From assembly GCA_050084515.1 (NCBI GenBank), contig CM114271.1:3534001-3598000 (forward strand): DNA of 64,000 bases. The letters are read 5' to 3'. The DNA is from Blasia pusilla (Eukaryota). Below the pieces are notes generated by a model. That model did no database searches. It was not told the DNA's origin and was given only the letters and a program-made list of their open reading frames with translations. Positions 12,701 to 25,219 of this stretch are shown here, one piece after another. The translations under genes were made by a program, and so were the position numbers. Every line of letters starts with the position of its first letter. Within the stretch, counting starts at the first letter, position 1.

Positions 12701-15052
12701 CTATTTCAACAGCAAATGACATGCCCCTAGAATAGATTTGGTCCAACCTTAACTTCATTAAACACTCTTCGCTTCTTGTTGTGGTCAAAATTTTATGTGT
12801 CAATCACTTATGTGGACAAATATTTTTTCCCAATTTTTTAATGTAAAATATGGTGTATGTTCATGTAAACATAAACAATTATTTTATGTAAGATATTATC
12901 AATGGTCCTTGTAATACTACTATTTCAAGCCAAACATATTTTAATAGAAAGTTTTTGTGATATTTTTAAAGTACGATTTTAGAGCACATGTGTGACTTCC
13001 ACGTACTAAATAATACATAATCCTTGGACTTGGGCCGTAAGCTTCTCAACTAGGGGACGTTTGAGTGGTAGGACTACTTAAATCCCTTATCCTACACTCC
13101 AAATGACTTTGGAATCTTCTTTGGATTACCATCTTGAAATCATTGCAATTTAACCCTTAGCTGTTTCCCATGACCCCAATCTCATATCGTACAATCTATA
13201 GACTATAAAGTAGGCTATGGTGTATAGATTTTTTCTTATTTCTAAAATAAGAAAGTTCTCTCTTTCCCTACTTATTCAAACCTTCTAGATTGAATGAATG
13301 AAATCTATGTGTCTTCTTTTCTTTAATTTGTTGAGTATGAACATTATTTCGAGAAATTAGTCAGCACGTGTATGCAGACTTCTTTTCTTCTTTATCATAA
13401 TATGGTGAGATTGTTTGGCCTAAACTTTTGTCCAAGCTTAGGGCACCTAGTATTTCCGTGTGTAGGGGCATAATCCATAGAAGTGGAACATGTTAGTTTC
13501 ATGTAAAAAAGTGCCCCAAAATTTAATGGTGAGACCCCTAGTGTGGGTTTGGAGTGGGATTTTTTAAGGATATTAATACCAAGGAATGTAGGTGGTTTTA
13601 AGGGAACGCATACGGTTTTCCACTATATGGAATGCCACAATAATCCCCATTCGCTCCATCTACTAAAGTCCTTGTTGCCTCAAACCTAGTAAGTTCGTAT
13701 TGCCAACGTGCAAATGATTCTACGACCATGATAACAATCTCCTTGCCTTGATAAAATAAAATAACATGGAAGTGTTCACAATTCATGGAGGGTGGTTTGA
13801 TAATGTGGGACTTCTTCTTGGTATTTGATCGTAAAATATGGACGACTTACAGTTACGTCCATTTACATTTAATTTTCCAAGCGCTGAACTGAATACATTA
13901 CACGACGTAAGTAGACGAGAAAATGGAATGGACGTCCAGTCGTAAGCACCGCGCGTCCATCTCCTCTGCCACCCCGCATTCAACCGGACGTCAATCCACT
14001 GAAAAAGAGTTATGGATCTTATGTCTAGTGGCAACGGCCTACAACTCGAGACACCCTAATATGGGGGACGGGATGATTCATGACGAGGTCACAGCAATAG
14101 CTAACTTAAATATTTTAAAATTTTCCATTAATATTATAAAATAAACTATGCAATGAAGTGAAAAAACATCTTTCCAAGGATTAATCGAGAGTTGTATAAA
14201 TACCCGTTTTGTCCTGCCATGAACCACCGTAACTCAAAATTAAGGCATTTCCAAGAGGGTCGATGAAACAGTAGCCCAAATACTTGTTCTTTTCGAGCCG
14301 CCCTAGAAACATGATCTCTACTTGTTCCACTTGGAGAATGGACATACGTGTGGATAGAATCACATCAACATGGCAACATGGTTGCAGCAGAAAATCCCGT
14401 GTGGGTGCATGGATCCTCAGCCTGGACTCTGGAGGAGCAGGAGCAGCAGCAGCAACGTCAGAGGCGGTTTCAGGAGGAGTAGTGACTGGTAAGTGGTCTT
14501 GCTCTTTGTCTCATGTTGGGGAGCCGTAGCCTGGTGGAATGTAGACTGACTGACTGACTGATAGATGGACGGAGGAGTTGGGTCGCTGCGCGGGAGGACG
14601 GAAGGGTAAACAGGAGCGAAGCAGAACTTCAGAAGGACCCCCCCGGCCCCCGGCCCCCGGGGCATATGGAAGTACAGTGGGGAGATACAACAAAGACAAA
14701 AGGACCCATTACGACGAGCAACAACGTCGCGCGGGCACAGTGGCAGCCTCGAGCACCGATACGGTCGAAATTTAGCATCTGCTGCCGCCCAGTCACATGC
14801 GCGAGGACATGTCCGGATCCGTTCGATTCGTTTTTCTTTCTTCCTGCTCCGCGCAGTAGTGAGTGAGTGCCCACCACGAGGAGCCTGAGGAATCGGGATG
14901 GGTTCGAAAGCCCCCGACCAGACCAGGTCGCCGTGCTGCGTTCGTTCGTTCGTTCGTTCGTTCGTCTGATGTGGAGCTCCGACGCTGCTGCGGCTGCTGC
15001 TGCTGGAAGGGATTTGCTTGGACTGCACTGCTGCACTGAGTCACTGACATGC

Positions 15053-16265
15053 GGTCCCGGACTCTACAGCGCTGGGAGGTTAATTAATTTCCTCCCAGCG
15101 GAGCTGCAGCGTGCCCATCCATGGGGGGAGTCGAGGACTACCTGGAGGCTGGAGCCTGAGTTGCAGCGCAATAGCTACAGTGTAGTACCGATGATGTGGA
15201 GCGAGCGAGGGAGATCTCTTGTTGTTGCTGATATTGTCTCTGCTGTTGGTGAGTTTCGTCGTTAGGGGGAATGCTCCTTCTTCCTTTTCTGGTCTTGTTG
15301 TGGCCTTCAGGTTTTGACTCTTTGAGTCCTCCTCTTTTGTATGGGTTTTTATCGAAGTGCATATTCTGCTTCATAGATGGACAGGTAGCGAGGCTCGAGG
15401 AATACAGCCCGAGTGTTGTTTGTGGTGTACTGTTGTTGTTGTACCCGGGGGGCCTCGCGAGTGAATACGCCCCTGGACTGTGGAGACGGAATCAAAATCA
15501 CGGCCAGCACAGCACGCGACGCACTTAGACCCACTTAGTTATTCACTGCAACTCTTTAATGTCCCCTCTCTTCGTCGGGTTGACTATCATATCCCATCCT
15601 CTCCCCCTCCCCTCCTCTCTCCCTCTCTCTCCCTCTCTCTCGCTCTCTGTGTCTCTCTCTGGTTCGTCGAAGCTACAGTCCTCGAAACGGCGACCAAATC
15701 TTAGAGGAGTTCGTTTGAACTTTGATCTGAGGCTTCCAGAATCCATAGTCGCGGGGAGCTTGGACGGCACTGACATTATACAGAGTCCGGGACTGTAGAG
15801 CGCTGGCTGGTTATGGTTATTATTATTATTATTATTATATTACCTGGGCGCCCGGGCCAGGTAATGTAAGCGAGGACTACTCTCTCTAGAGTCTAGACCC
15901 GTGGGCAGTCGGAGCTGGTGCTGATGCCAGCGTTGCAGCGCCATGCCTAAACCGGGAGAGAGAGGGAGGGAATCCTGCCCGAGAGTCGAGTACTGCTGGC
16001 GTTGTACAGGGCCAGGCGAGAACGAAACCCTGCGCGTGAACATAATCGGGAACTGGAATCAAAATGACGGCCAGCACAGCACACGCGACCATGAGAACCA
16101 GACTACCAGTCCGCTGCCACTCTTTATTGTCCCCCCTCCCGCCTCTCCCTCTTCGTGGCACTGTCGGGTTGACTATCTCTCTCTCGCTCTCTCTTCCTCC
16201 CTCTCGTTCGTCGAAGCTCCAGGCCTCGAAATGGTGGCCAAATCTAATCGGAGTTCGATTCTATA
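15053..16265. repeat. Diverged tandem duplication of a non-coding module (2 copies)
   Basis: Colinear shared blocks: GGAATCAAAAT(C/G)ACGGCCAGCACAGCAC 15488/16055, GTCGGGTTGACTATC 15574/16163, GTTCGTCGAAGCT 15662/16206, GTCC(C/G)GGACT..AGCGCTGG ~15054/15785. Confidence 0.85.
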
Positions 16266-19200
16266 CCCTCTCGCGATTGCTCGAAGGTGGCGCACCTGAT
16301 GCTTCCCACTTTCCCACTTCCCACTGGATGCCAGTAACCTCGACCGCTCTCTTCGTCGTGGAGAAACGGATCGGCGCACATGAGCGCTGCAGTTTTTCTT
16401 CTCTTGGAGCGGCGCGGGCTCCAGTCTCTTCGTTGCGTTCGTTCCATGGATCTTGCGGACCCAAATGAAGTGGAAATGGAAAAAAAGAAAGAAGGGAGAG
16501 CATATTCTTCGGCGGGATTCGATGACAGGGGGGGAGGGTTTTGTTCCGAGAATGTGCGGCGATATCGGGAGCGGATTTCCAAAACATGAAATGAAATCAA
16601 ATGAAAGGCAACAGAATAAAGAAACGAAATAATTATTAGTCAGTCGGTCCAATTAACGAGGAACGTACGGCGTTCTTTCGTGGTCTCGGCTCGGGTGGCA
16701 ACCGGCAGGTGTGATTTCGGCCGTTGTTTCTAGAGAGTCAAAGAGTCCACGAGAAAACGTGGCTTGCATCATCATTGCCAGAGAAGGACAACACCCATCT
16801 GGTTGTCTCCCGTTGCTTTTTCCTCTCCGCGTTTCATCCACTCTGTCCCCCCGTGCGTTAATTCCGATCTCGTGCGAGCATCTCTTGACCGGCCCCTCAT
16901 GCCATGGAAGAATCAATCGATCTCCTTTCCCAGTTTCTCGCTCGCGCTTTCGACCAAGAGCCCGCCCGCCGCAGCGCTCGGCTCCACGCCACAAACGAGC
17001 GCGCGAGGAACGAACCTCTCCCGGCAAGATGGCTGCGGGCAACAGGTGAGGATGGAAGGTCTAGGATGTCGCGAAATCTCCGAGCTTTCCACAGCCACGG
17101 ATAAGGGCGGGTAGCGTTTGGGGTTTTTAATTCCAGGGGGAGATAGTGCTCGAGAATGTGTATGAAACAACTCTCATTCAGGTCTTCAATTCGCTTTTCT
17201 GTTTCTATCTGTCTCGTACGTGTTCGTGAAGACATCATGGAAGTCAGAGATTTCACCACATGGAACTTGGTCAGTCTTGGAACTTTACCGTCTCTTCCGA
17301 TGGGATCTATGAGGAGGAGGTAGACGTCGTTTTCCCTGCGTTCTTAAAATAAGAGCGTTGGTGTGTGATTTGGGGTTAATCGCGCACCATAACTTTCACC
17401 GAAAACTGTAAAGTGAGGTACTAGTGCTTTTGATCTTGGCAGCGAGGAGGTACTACTTAAGTAAGTCGCTTCCCTCGATTGCACCGCGAGGGAGAAATTC
17501 CGCAATCGTTCTCATCTGCCTTGACTTCGACACTCGAGATGGTTTCACCCTTCGAATGCAAATTTCTCTCTCGAAAGCCAGGAAAAATGCCCTACATCGT
17601 GAGATTCTTTCCCGCTTTGAGGAGACACTCTTGGGATTGCCGGGAGGAGAATCCTGTAGCCAACTGGCGAGAGCTTTGCGCATGCTCTGAGCCAATGGTT
17701 CTTTCGTCGTTTGTACACTCCGCCATGTTTTGCTGCAAAGATGTGGACCCCAATGAACGACAGTATGCACTTCATCCATGTAGTGGTGTGTTGACAAGAC
17801 AAATCATCTGCTGAGATTCGGAATCGATCGTCACAGGTGCGTGCTTTCGAGCAACGGAAAGGAAAAGCACGCACGTCAGTGTTGTCTACGTTTAGGGGAG
17901 CAGATGGGTGCAAACCCCGTCAATGAGGGTAACGCAACGTCAGGTATGAGCGAAGAAACACAGTGCCGGGGGGGAACCTCTGTCCCGATTGAGGATTGGG
18001 AATAGGAGCTCGTGATTTGGCGGTGCGTGAATCCACCGATGTAGGGTTCGTCTGTTTGTTGCCGCAGGAATTCGCGAGGAGTAAGTAGTACTTTTCGATC
18101 GTGGCTGGACCGGACTTTACATATGTTTCGCGCTACTACTACCTACAGCTACTAATAACTCGAAAGCGGTGCTCTGAGTGAGAGCTGCAGTTACTGTCTC
18201 CACTGCAAGCTTCGGGGCCCGTATGATCCCACTGAACTTTCCTCACGCTTCACAATCATCCCCGCGAGCTCGTCAGCGAATCATCATATCGGAAGCATTC
18301 ACGAAACAAACTTCTCAGCAACGACTGAATCACACTTTCTCTCGGTTCATCTCTCAACCTCTCTTCAGCTCCTCATCATTCGTGTCCATCGTCTGCGACG
18401 TCCAAAATCACGGAGCTCTCACCTCAATTCTCTCTCTCTGTGTGTATGCCATGAACTCGAGAGCAAGCACATGAATATTCTGGGAGCTGCCGCATAAGAA
18501 AGAAGGGTCTGGGGCTATGCGGCGGTGGCGTAGATGAACACACTCTGAGAGATAGGAGGAGACGCGACGCAACGCGCAGTCAGTGACTAGACAGAGACGA
18601 TCGCACTCGCAGCTCCAAATCGCCCGCGCGAAGGGCGTTCGCCGAATATTGCGGCTCCGATCGAAGAGAGTCGAATTGTGTGAGTCGGATTGGACAGACA
18701 CGGGAAGAAGACACGTAAGTTCGCTTTTTCCTCCACATGTAAGAAGGAAAGTCGGAAACGCCTGGAAGGTTTCCAACTGTAGTTGACTGAATACCTGACC
18801 TGACTGTCTGTCATCCGTTCGTCTGTCTGTGTGTTCTGTCTGTCTGTACTCGACCTGTATGTCCGGGAAATGGCACAAGACACAAGACTGAACGGCGACA
18901 CGGTTTCTGGAGCTGCAGTCCGTCATTGCCGTGATCATCCAGTCATCCGTAGGAGGAGGAGACCGGCTATCTCCGGTGCGGAGGCTGTCTCCGGTTCGCG
19001 AAAACGGGAGCGGAGAACAATCCACGAGCAGCACCGGCGTGATCGCGACGACGGGAATAATAATGCGATGACGCCCGACCGACAGACAGCTCCCCACTAG
19101 TTATTTCAGATCAAATGAAGGCGTGTCGTATTATGTTCGAAATCGGACGAGTGAGTCACCGACTCACCAACGCTGCAAGTGGGTCGTAACCGGAGCTGCT

Positions 19201-19764
19201 AGCTAGCCAGCTAACTAAACGAGTGATGATCCCCGTCCCCCTTTCCTGCGAAGCTGCGAACGCCGAAATAGAATCCGCGATCCGATCGATCGAGGCCGCC
19301 CGCATCTCCGCGAGACTTGGCGGCGACGGGGATTGTTTAGAGGAGGAGGAGCATTAGGAGGCTCGCGCCGCTAAATCGCCTTCGCTAGCGTCGCGTGTAG
19401 CAGGCGGCAGGGAGGTTCTACGACGAGGCAGACCCGGGAAAGGGGGGGCGGGGGGGTCTCAGTCAGTTGCCGTACTCGGTGTGAACGGCCAATGACGAGC
19501 GAAGCCGTCACGGGAGGAAAGAGAGCTGGCGCTTTCTGTCTGGGCTACGATCCCGAGAGTGTTGGGCGACGACTGGGACAGACTCCAAATGTTTTGGCCT
19601 CCACAAGCGAAGGCGACGGACGGACGGACGGATGGATGGATGGATGGATGTATGTGTTGGGGTCCACCAGCTCGCGCCACTCGCGCTACTCAGTCAGTCC
19701 ACTCCTGAAGCGGCGAAGAGGAGAGGCGGCAGCGGATCTGTCTGTCTCGCATCCACTCCGGAAC

Positions 19765-19860
19765 CGATTTTATAATCCGGATCCATGGCCCAGTTCCGAC
19801 CCATTCCTCCACCCTCGCGCCCTCCTCCGAATCTCTCCTCGTCCTCCAGCCCCAGCTCGA
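19765..19860 (+). promoter_or_regulatory. Probable core promoter of the DREB2-like gene
   Basis: TTTATAAT at ~19769, followed by a pyrimidine-rich patch, about 640 bp upstream of ATG 20409. Confidence 0.4.
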
Positions 19861-20408
19861 TCCTCGGTGCATCGCGCTCGCTGCAACCACTGCCCGCTTT
19901 CCGCGAGAGACGGTAGGCACTGCGCAGCCGCGGAGAGACTCTCGGATCACTGCGTATCGCTGTCGATGGATGCGCTCGGAATTGGTCGGTCTCGAGCTCT
20001 AGTGTGCCTGGGAAGCCAACGTCGACGGCTTCTGTCCGCTGTTGCGGCCGCCCGCCTGTACGTGCCTTGCGAGTGAAGCAGCAGCAGCGCCTGAAGTTTC
20101 TGGAGGGAGTTCGTTCTCCCCACCCGCCTCGTCTCGTCTCGTCTCGTCCCTTCTCGTCTGCCTGCATCAGCTGCGCATGCAGATGCTTAGCAGTCCGTCG
20201 CGTAGAATGAAGGGAGCGGCAAATTGAGCGAATTCGGCGGTTGCACAAGTGTAGACGTTTCGCGGTTTGGTGGCGGAGGGTTGCGGAGAATTGCAGAGCA
20301 ATTTGCATTCGCGTGTGGAGGAATTCGAGAAGCCCGTCGAGTCGAGGGAGGTAGAGCAGAGAACCGAGTCTGGGGAATTCTTCCTGCGGCTTGGGAGGAT
20401 TCGGCAAG

Positions 20409-21665
20409 ATGGTAGAAGAACAACACGCGGTGCTGAGTCCTGCGAAGCTGACGGCGAAGGGCGCCAAGAAGGTCGGCAAAGGTTGGAAGAAGGGGTCGAT
20501 GAGAGGGAAAGGAGGACCCGAGAATGCCAAGTGCGAGTACCGCGGAGTGAGACAGAGGACTTGGGGGAAATGGGTGGCCGAAATTCGGGAGCCAAAGAAA
20601 CGTTCCAGACTCTGGCTCGGCTCCTTCGCCACATCCTATGAAGCCGCGGTCGCTTACGATGCAGCTGCCATCAGGCTCTACGGTTCTGAGGCTGTGCTCA
20701 ACCTACCTGCCAATTGCGAAGATGTTCACAAAATCTCTGATAGCATTTCGAATTCGGAAAGCGGGGAATCTGGGCAACTGCCGTCGGTGCACAAGTTCAT
20801 CACCTCGCTCGAGGACCTCAAGAACTATTCCAACTGGAACCCTCAGTCTTTGGCAACTTCCAGGGAATTGAGACCCGGATATTATGCCGGTGCCACAGGT
20901 TTTGAACCGCCCGCAGCTCAATGTAGTAGCAACACCAGCACCCTGCTTTCTAGGAACTGTTCGATGACTCAGGAGCACAGGAGACAGTGCAGTGAAGCTC
21001 GGGAGATGGATTTCCCCGTCCAATCTAGGGTGGAGAAAGAGAGGTGGGCGTGGGACGAGGTGTTCACCAAACAGAAGTTCCAGAATGCGGTCGTGAGTCG
21101 CTGCTCAGCAGCGAGCACGCGTCGGAATACTGTGGGATCCCTCAAGAGCGAGGAATGTTTCTCCACTCTCTGGTCCGGCGGTGCTCCAGCGAATGCGGGA
21201 CTCGCACCTTCGAGTCCAGACAGTTCGACATCCACATTTTTGGCGACCGTGGAGTCCATCCCCAGCAAGCTCCCCAGATTGACTCACCACTATCCCGCTT
21301 CCGTGGAACATCGCATCCAGAATTCGGCGGGCTCTCCCTTGAGGATGGCCGTGGACGACGGCGGAAGCACCTTCGCAGCCTTGTTCAGTTTCTGCGACCA
21401 ATTGGATGCATCCAACGACTGCGTCGGAAGTGCGGATGACCGCAGCGATTGCACTTCAGATAACTCGGACAGCAAGCTTCCCCGGTCCAAGGACGACACC
21501 GGAGATGCCGCCTTATTCGACGCCGCTGAGTTCTTGGATCAAATGGACTTGTCGCCGATGTTCATCGAAGGCTCCTCCGAAACCCCATGGTTTTCTGTCG
21601 ACGGTCCTCCGGGCCTGGAGTCTGCGGACATGCAAAGTGTGCCGATATGGCACTTTTCCGAGTGA
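20409..21665 (+). CDS. DREB2: AP2/ERF transcription factor, DREB subgroup A-2 (DREB2F-like), intronless, 418 aa
   Basis: [14 protein letters not shown] motif followed by the AP2 domain [30 protein letters not shown]...[11 protein letters not shown]...LNLP; acidic C-terminus ending IWHFSE. The first ATG is 20409 (the ORF-track start is a TTG; upstream in-frame stop at 20352). Confidence 0.95.
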   Translation: MVEEQHAVLSPAKLTAKGAKKVGKGWKKGSMRGKGGPENAKCEYRGVRQRTWGKWVAEIREPKKRSRLWLGSFATSYEAAVAYDAAAIRLYGSEAVLNLPANCEDVHKISDSISNSESGESGQLPSVHKFITSLEDLKNYSNWNPQSLATSRELRPGYYAGATGFEPPAAQCSSNTSTLLSRNCSMTQEHRRQCSEAREMDFPVQSRVEKERWAWDEVFTKQKFQNAVVSRCSAASTRRNTVGSLKSEECFSTLWSGGAPANAGLAPSSPDSSTSTFLATVESIPSKLPRLTHHYPASVEHRIQNSAGSPLRMAVDDGGSTFAALFSFCDQLDASNDCVGSADDRSDCTSDNSDSKLPRSKDDTGDAALFDAAEFLDQMDLSPMFIEGSSETPWFSVDGPPGLESADMQSVPIWHFSE

Positions 21666-23437
21666 AGCTCGCTCGCAGTTTCCGCTGAATCTCTCGCGCC
21701 AGACGGCGAGCGAGCGAGCGACGGTTCCAATTTTGTGCAGTATCCTTAGGCTCGAACCATAGCAAGCAAACGTAGAGCAGGAGATGATGGAGAGCTAGTC
21801 TGTTCGGCCTTGGATGGCTTAATTCAAAAGTAGATTGAAAGGTAGGGCGTAACTCGTCAGCTCGGAACTTTACTTCTCTATGGACAACTGAGTTACGACA
21901 TAGTGAAGACGGCGCACACCACAACACATCGAACGCTAGAGAACAGGGGCAGTTCATAACGTGCATCATCTATCGACATGAACCCCTAGAAGTTTGAGAT
22001 AGATTGTTATGTACATAATAACGAATAAGACTCAACATCAGATGGAACATTGGGAGGTGCTTAAACTTGTCGGGATGTATATACAATCAAATTGAATGTG
22101 TAATCTACATTCTTTTATAGTCCACTTCGCAGTCGATTGGTCACGAATCACTTCGCTCATTGTTCATGTTTCTGTCCTCGAATCGCTGTGTCTTTGTACG
22201 TCTGGTTGTAGGGAATACACTCTACTCTATACATTTCTCGATCTGAAATTACATTTCTAAGTTTTCAATCGTCCCAGGTTTCTTCGTGCTGTAGTGTAGA
22301 TATGTATCCAAAGTCTGAGATGTAGCACATCTAATCTTTCTTCAATGCTTACATCCTTCGCATATCATAGTTTAGTACCGTGAGGCCCCTGTCGTTTGTT
22401 CCCTCTCATTTGAACCGGTGCGTCAAATCAGAGAGCTCTGGGATCTTGTTCTAATTGGAGCTCATAGTTTCATTCAACGAAGACTTCAATCCCACGCCCT
22501 TTTGTCACTGTGATCCCTGATCCTGTAAATTGTGGCAGTCTCCTGCAACATTTGACCCCTTGCCAACATGAAGAATTGACTTACACATCTGCTGCCGTGG
22601 AATTTGGAGAAGCTGCCGGATGGAGAAGTGTTGACAGGGGTAGCTATTGAAGTTGTTGGGCGTGGAAATCACAACGAGTACGTACGTGTGTCGGACCTAC
22701 TTTCGCGTTTAGATCTTTGCTTCTTTCTGGATTCCTGTAAATTCCTGGATCTGAAGATGCCATCCCCATAGGAACTGGAAGCTGCCGCATGTGCGCTTCG
22801 CTCGTGGAATTCCGCACATCGTTGTCGTCTCCCTCCCTTGTGTGCCGCTCCCGAGCATCTTTAGGTTCATTCCTACTTTGTACATTGACTTTGCAGATCG
22901 CGCTGCGCGGACGAGTGCCGAGCGAGCGAGCATGCTTAGATTCTTTCCCACTTTCAGCAGACACTCCGCATCCTCGGATTGCTAGGATAACTGTCTGTCA
23001 TGCAGCCGAACTCGCAAAAGGCGTTCAGGGCCCATGCTCCCAGCCAATATTGCTCTCGTCGCTCACGCACATTGCCCTGCTTTTCTTTTTTCTCCTCTTT
23101 TCTGCAACGATGTGGACCCCATGGGACGAAGGTAGGCTCCTCATCTCTCTAGGGACTCTCTATTCCATCTCCACGGGTCCGCGCGCGCTGTGCTTTCGGG
23201 AAACCGCAAGAAGAGCACACACCTGATTACGTGAAGGTCATCCACAAGAGCTCCTGAGGGAACTCGGGACAGAAATGAGGAAACCAATTTTGGAAACCTA
23301 GGCATTCCAAAATTCTACGATTTCTTCATGGGGAAGTGGATTGGCATTCCCAAATTCGGTTTCAGTGAGGTCCTTTGAACAATAATGACTTTGAAAGGAA
23401 GTAGATAGATTTCCTTGTGGTCTTGAGGGAAAGGAAG

Positions 23438-23561
23438 GAGAGAGCAGGAAACGAGACGAGAATATAGAGAGCAGGAAACGAGACGAGAATAGAGAGAGCA
23501 GGAAACAAGACGAGAATAGAGAGAACAGGAAACAAGACGAGAATAGAGAGAGCAGGAAACG
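23438..23561. repeat. Minisatellite, ~29-30-bp unit GAGAGCAGGAAAC(G/A)AGACGAGAATA, about 4 copies
   Basis: Directly visible tandem copies. Confidence 0.9.
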
Positions 23562-24957
23562 AATTACCAAATTGAGAGGGATATTGCGCTGCGATCTGGT
23601 CGCTCACGCCGTATCCGGTGGATGTGGCAGCCATCACTGAGGATGAATGTGCTTACTAAAACAAGGAGGGCCGCCCATCGTTAATGCGGAATTCGTATCG
23701 AAGATTTGCTCTGGTCCGGTCGCGGTCTTCCCTCACGGACATATTGTTCTGGTGGATGTCGCAGCGAAACTAGTGAGGAGTAATGAGTACACGAGACCAA
23801 CGGACGCAGCAGCAGCAGCTGCTTCCTGCGGAATGCAACCCGAAGACTAGAGTTATGGTTTCAAGGTCTCCTGAGGGCTATGGCAGCAATTACTGAGGAG
23901 GAGTAATGAGCTTACTATAAAAGAAAAAAAAAGGGGCCGCAGCTGATTCTTCATGTGGAATGAATTCAACTTGAAGGTTTATAGTCTTCTTGGGGACCGT
24001 AGAGATATATATGAGTGCACTATCAGCATGAAATATGGCTACTTTCTAGAGGATCATGAGCATCTCATGTTTCTATGATGTGAAAATAATCTTATGAAAG
24101 GTTAATGAATTTCAATGCATTGGGATAGCATAAGTATATAGGTTTTCATTTTACGTTATGCTGTCCTCGTTTTGGGTTTCTTTAATTTATCACTAATATT
24201 TTGTAACATGGCCGAGAGCATGGAAAGATTAATCGGAAATGCATAGGAAAGAATATGTATAGAATCACCTCCATGTCATAGAATGCATAGAATCACCTCC
24301 ATGTCCTTTCCATGCATATGCATGGAAAAGACATGGAGGTAATTCATTATTTTGCCATAAAAGATGCACATGAGAAGGAAATAAATGGACTATTAGCATT
24401 GGTGGATATGGATCATTAAGTAAGGAGATGAGATGAATAACAAGTCCCACGTTGAGAAGATGAGATGAATAACGTAAGAGAACTAACATGTGGAGGCCAA
24501 GGATAATAACCGGCATGATAACACAACGGCATGGAGTAACACGTGGAACAAAAAATGAGATGTTTTGATTCTATCCGTCGGTCAGTTTGATCGATTTGAG
24601 AAGTTCACATCCGAGGGTTGGGAAATCTACCTAATAACTTGCATTGTGCAGCCTTTGCACTCGGAATTGACTATTGTAGGGGCCATGATAAGATTAAGCT
24701 CAGCTCCATGCAAATATTCTTCGATCGGTTCCCTTGTATGTATGGAACATTGGAGATTATGACGTCACTAAATTCTACTATGTGTCTCCTTTAAACATGA
24801 GATGCATGCCGATATTGAAGTTCTAATGTTAATATAATCTTTTTGGATCCTAGAAGAGGTCCCTTCTTGATTCTTGCATAAAAATAAGTCCATGCACATA
24901 TAAAAAATCCACTCTAATTTTAACAAGTGCGAACATAGTGTTTTTGAAGCACCTTCT

Positions 24958-25219
24958 TGTTAAAAAAAAGTGAAGACCTATAAACCCATAAGGACTCAAC
25001 CGTGTTCAAGGCCACTCTAATTATATTAGCATAGACTTAGAACTATATATTAGTCTAGTAGATTAGTTAGATTCGCTTCTTAGTAGGAAGGAGGCTCTTT
25101 TCTCTTCATATGATATGTCTTCTCCTTTCACGCAGTTTGAGTTGCTAGGTTCACTTTGTTAATGGTGTTAGGACTTTGCATTGATTTATTTCATTATTAT
25201 GCATTTGAATTTTTTATCG
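24958..25219 (+). repeat. 5' LTR of the Copia element
   Basis: Starts TGTTAAAA, ends TTTTATCG just before the PBS; homologous to 28784-29038. Confidence 0.85.

Noticed and set aside
17055-17090. Possible heat-shock element (GAA/TTC-like repeats)
   Set aside because: Spacing is about 9 bp rather than 10 and most units mismatch nGAAn.
14417-19100. Numerous 100-230-aa ORFs in the GC-rich region
   Set aside because: They run through microsatellites, have low-complexity translations and are expected by chance at this GC content.
19694-20632. 312-aa minus-strand ORF and other ORFs overlapping DREB2
   Set aside because: Antisense shadows of GC-rich leader and CDS sequence; no domain-like content.
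14300-23900. Conserved land-plant miRNAs (miR160/166/171/319/390/408/529/536)
   Set aside because: No mature sequence recognised by eye; lineage-specific miRNAs cannot be excluded.
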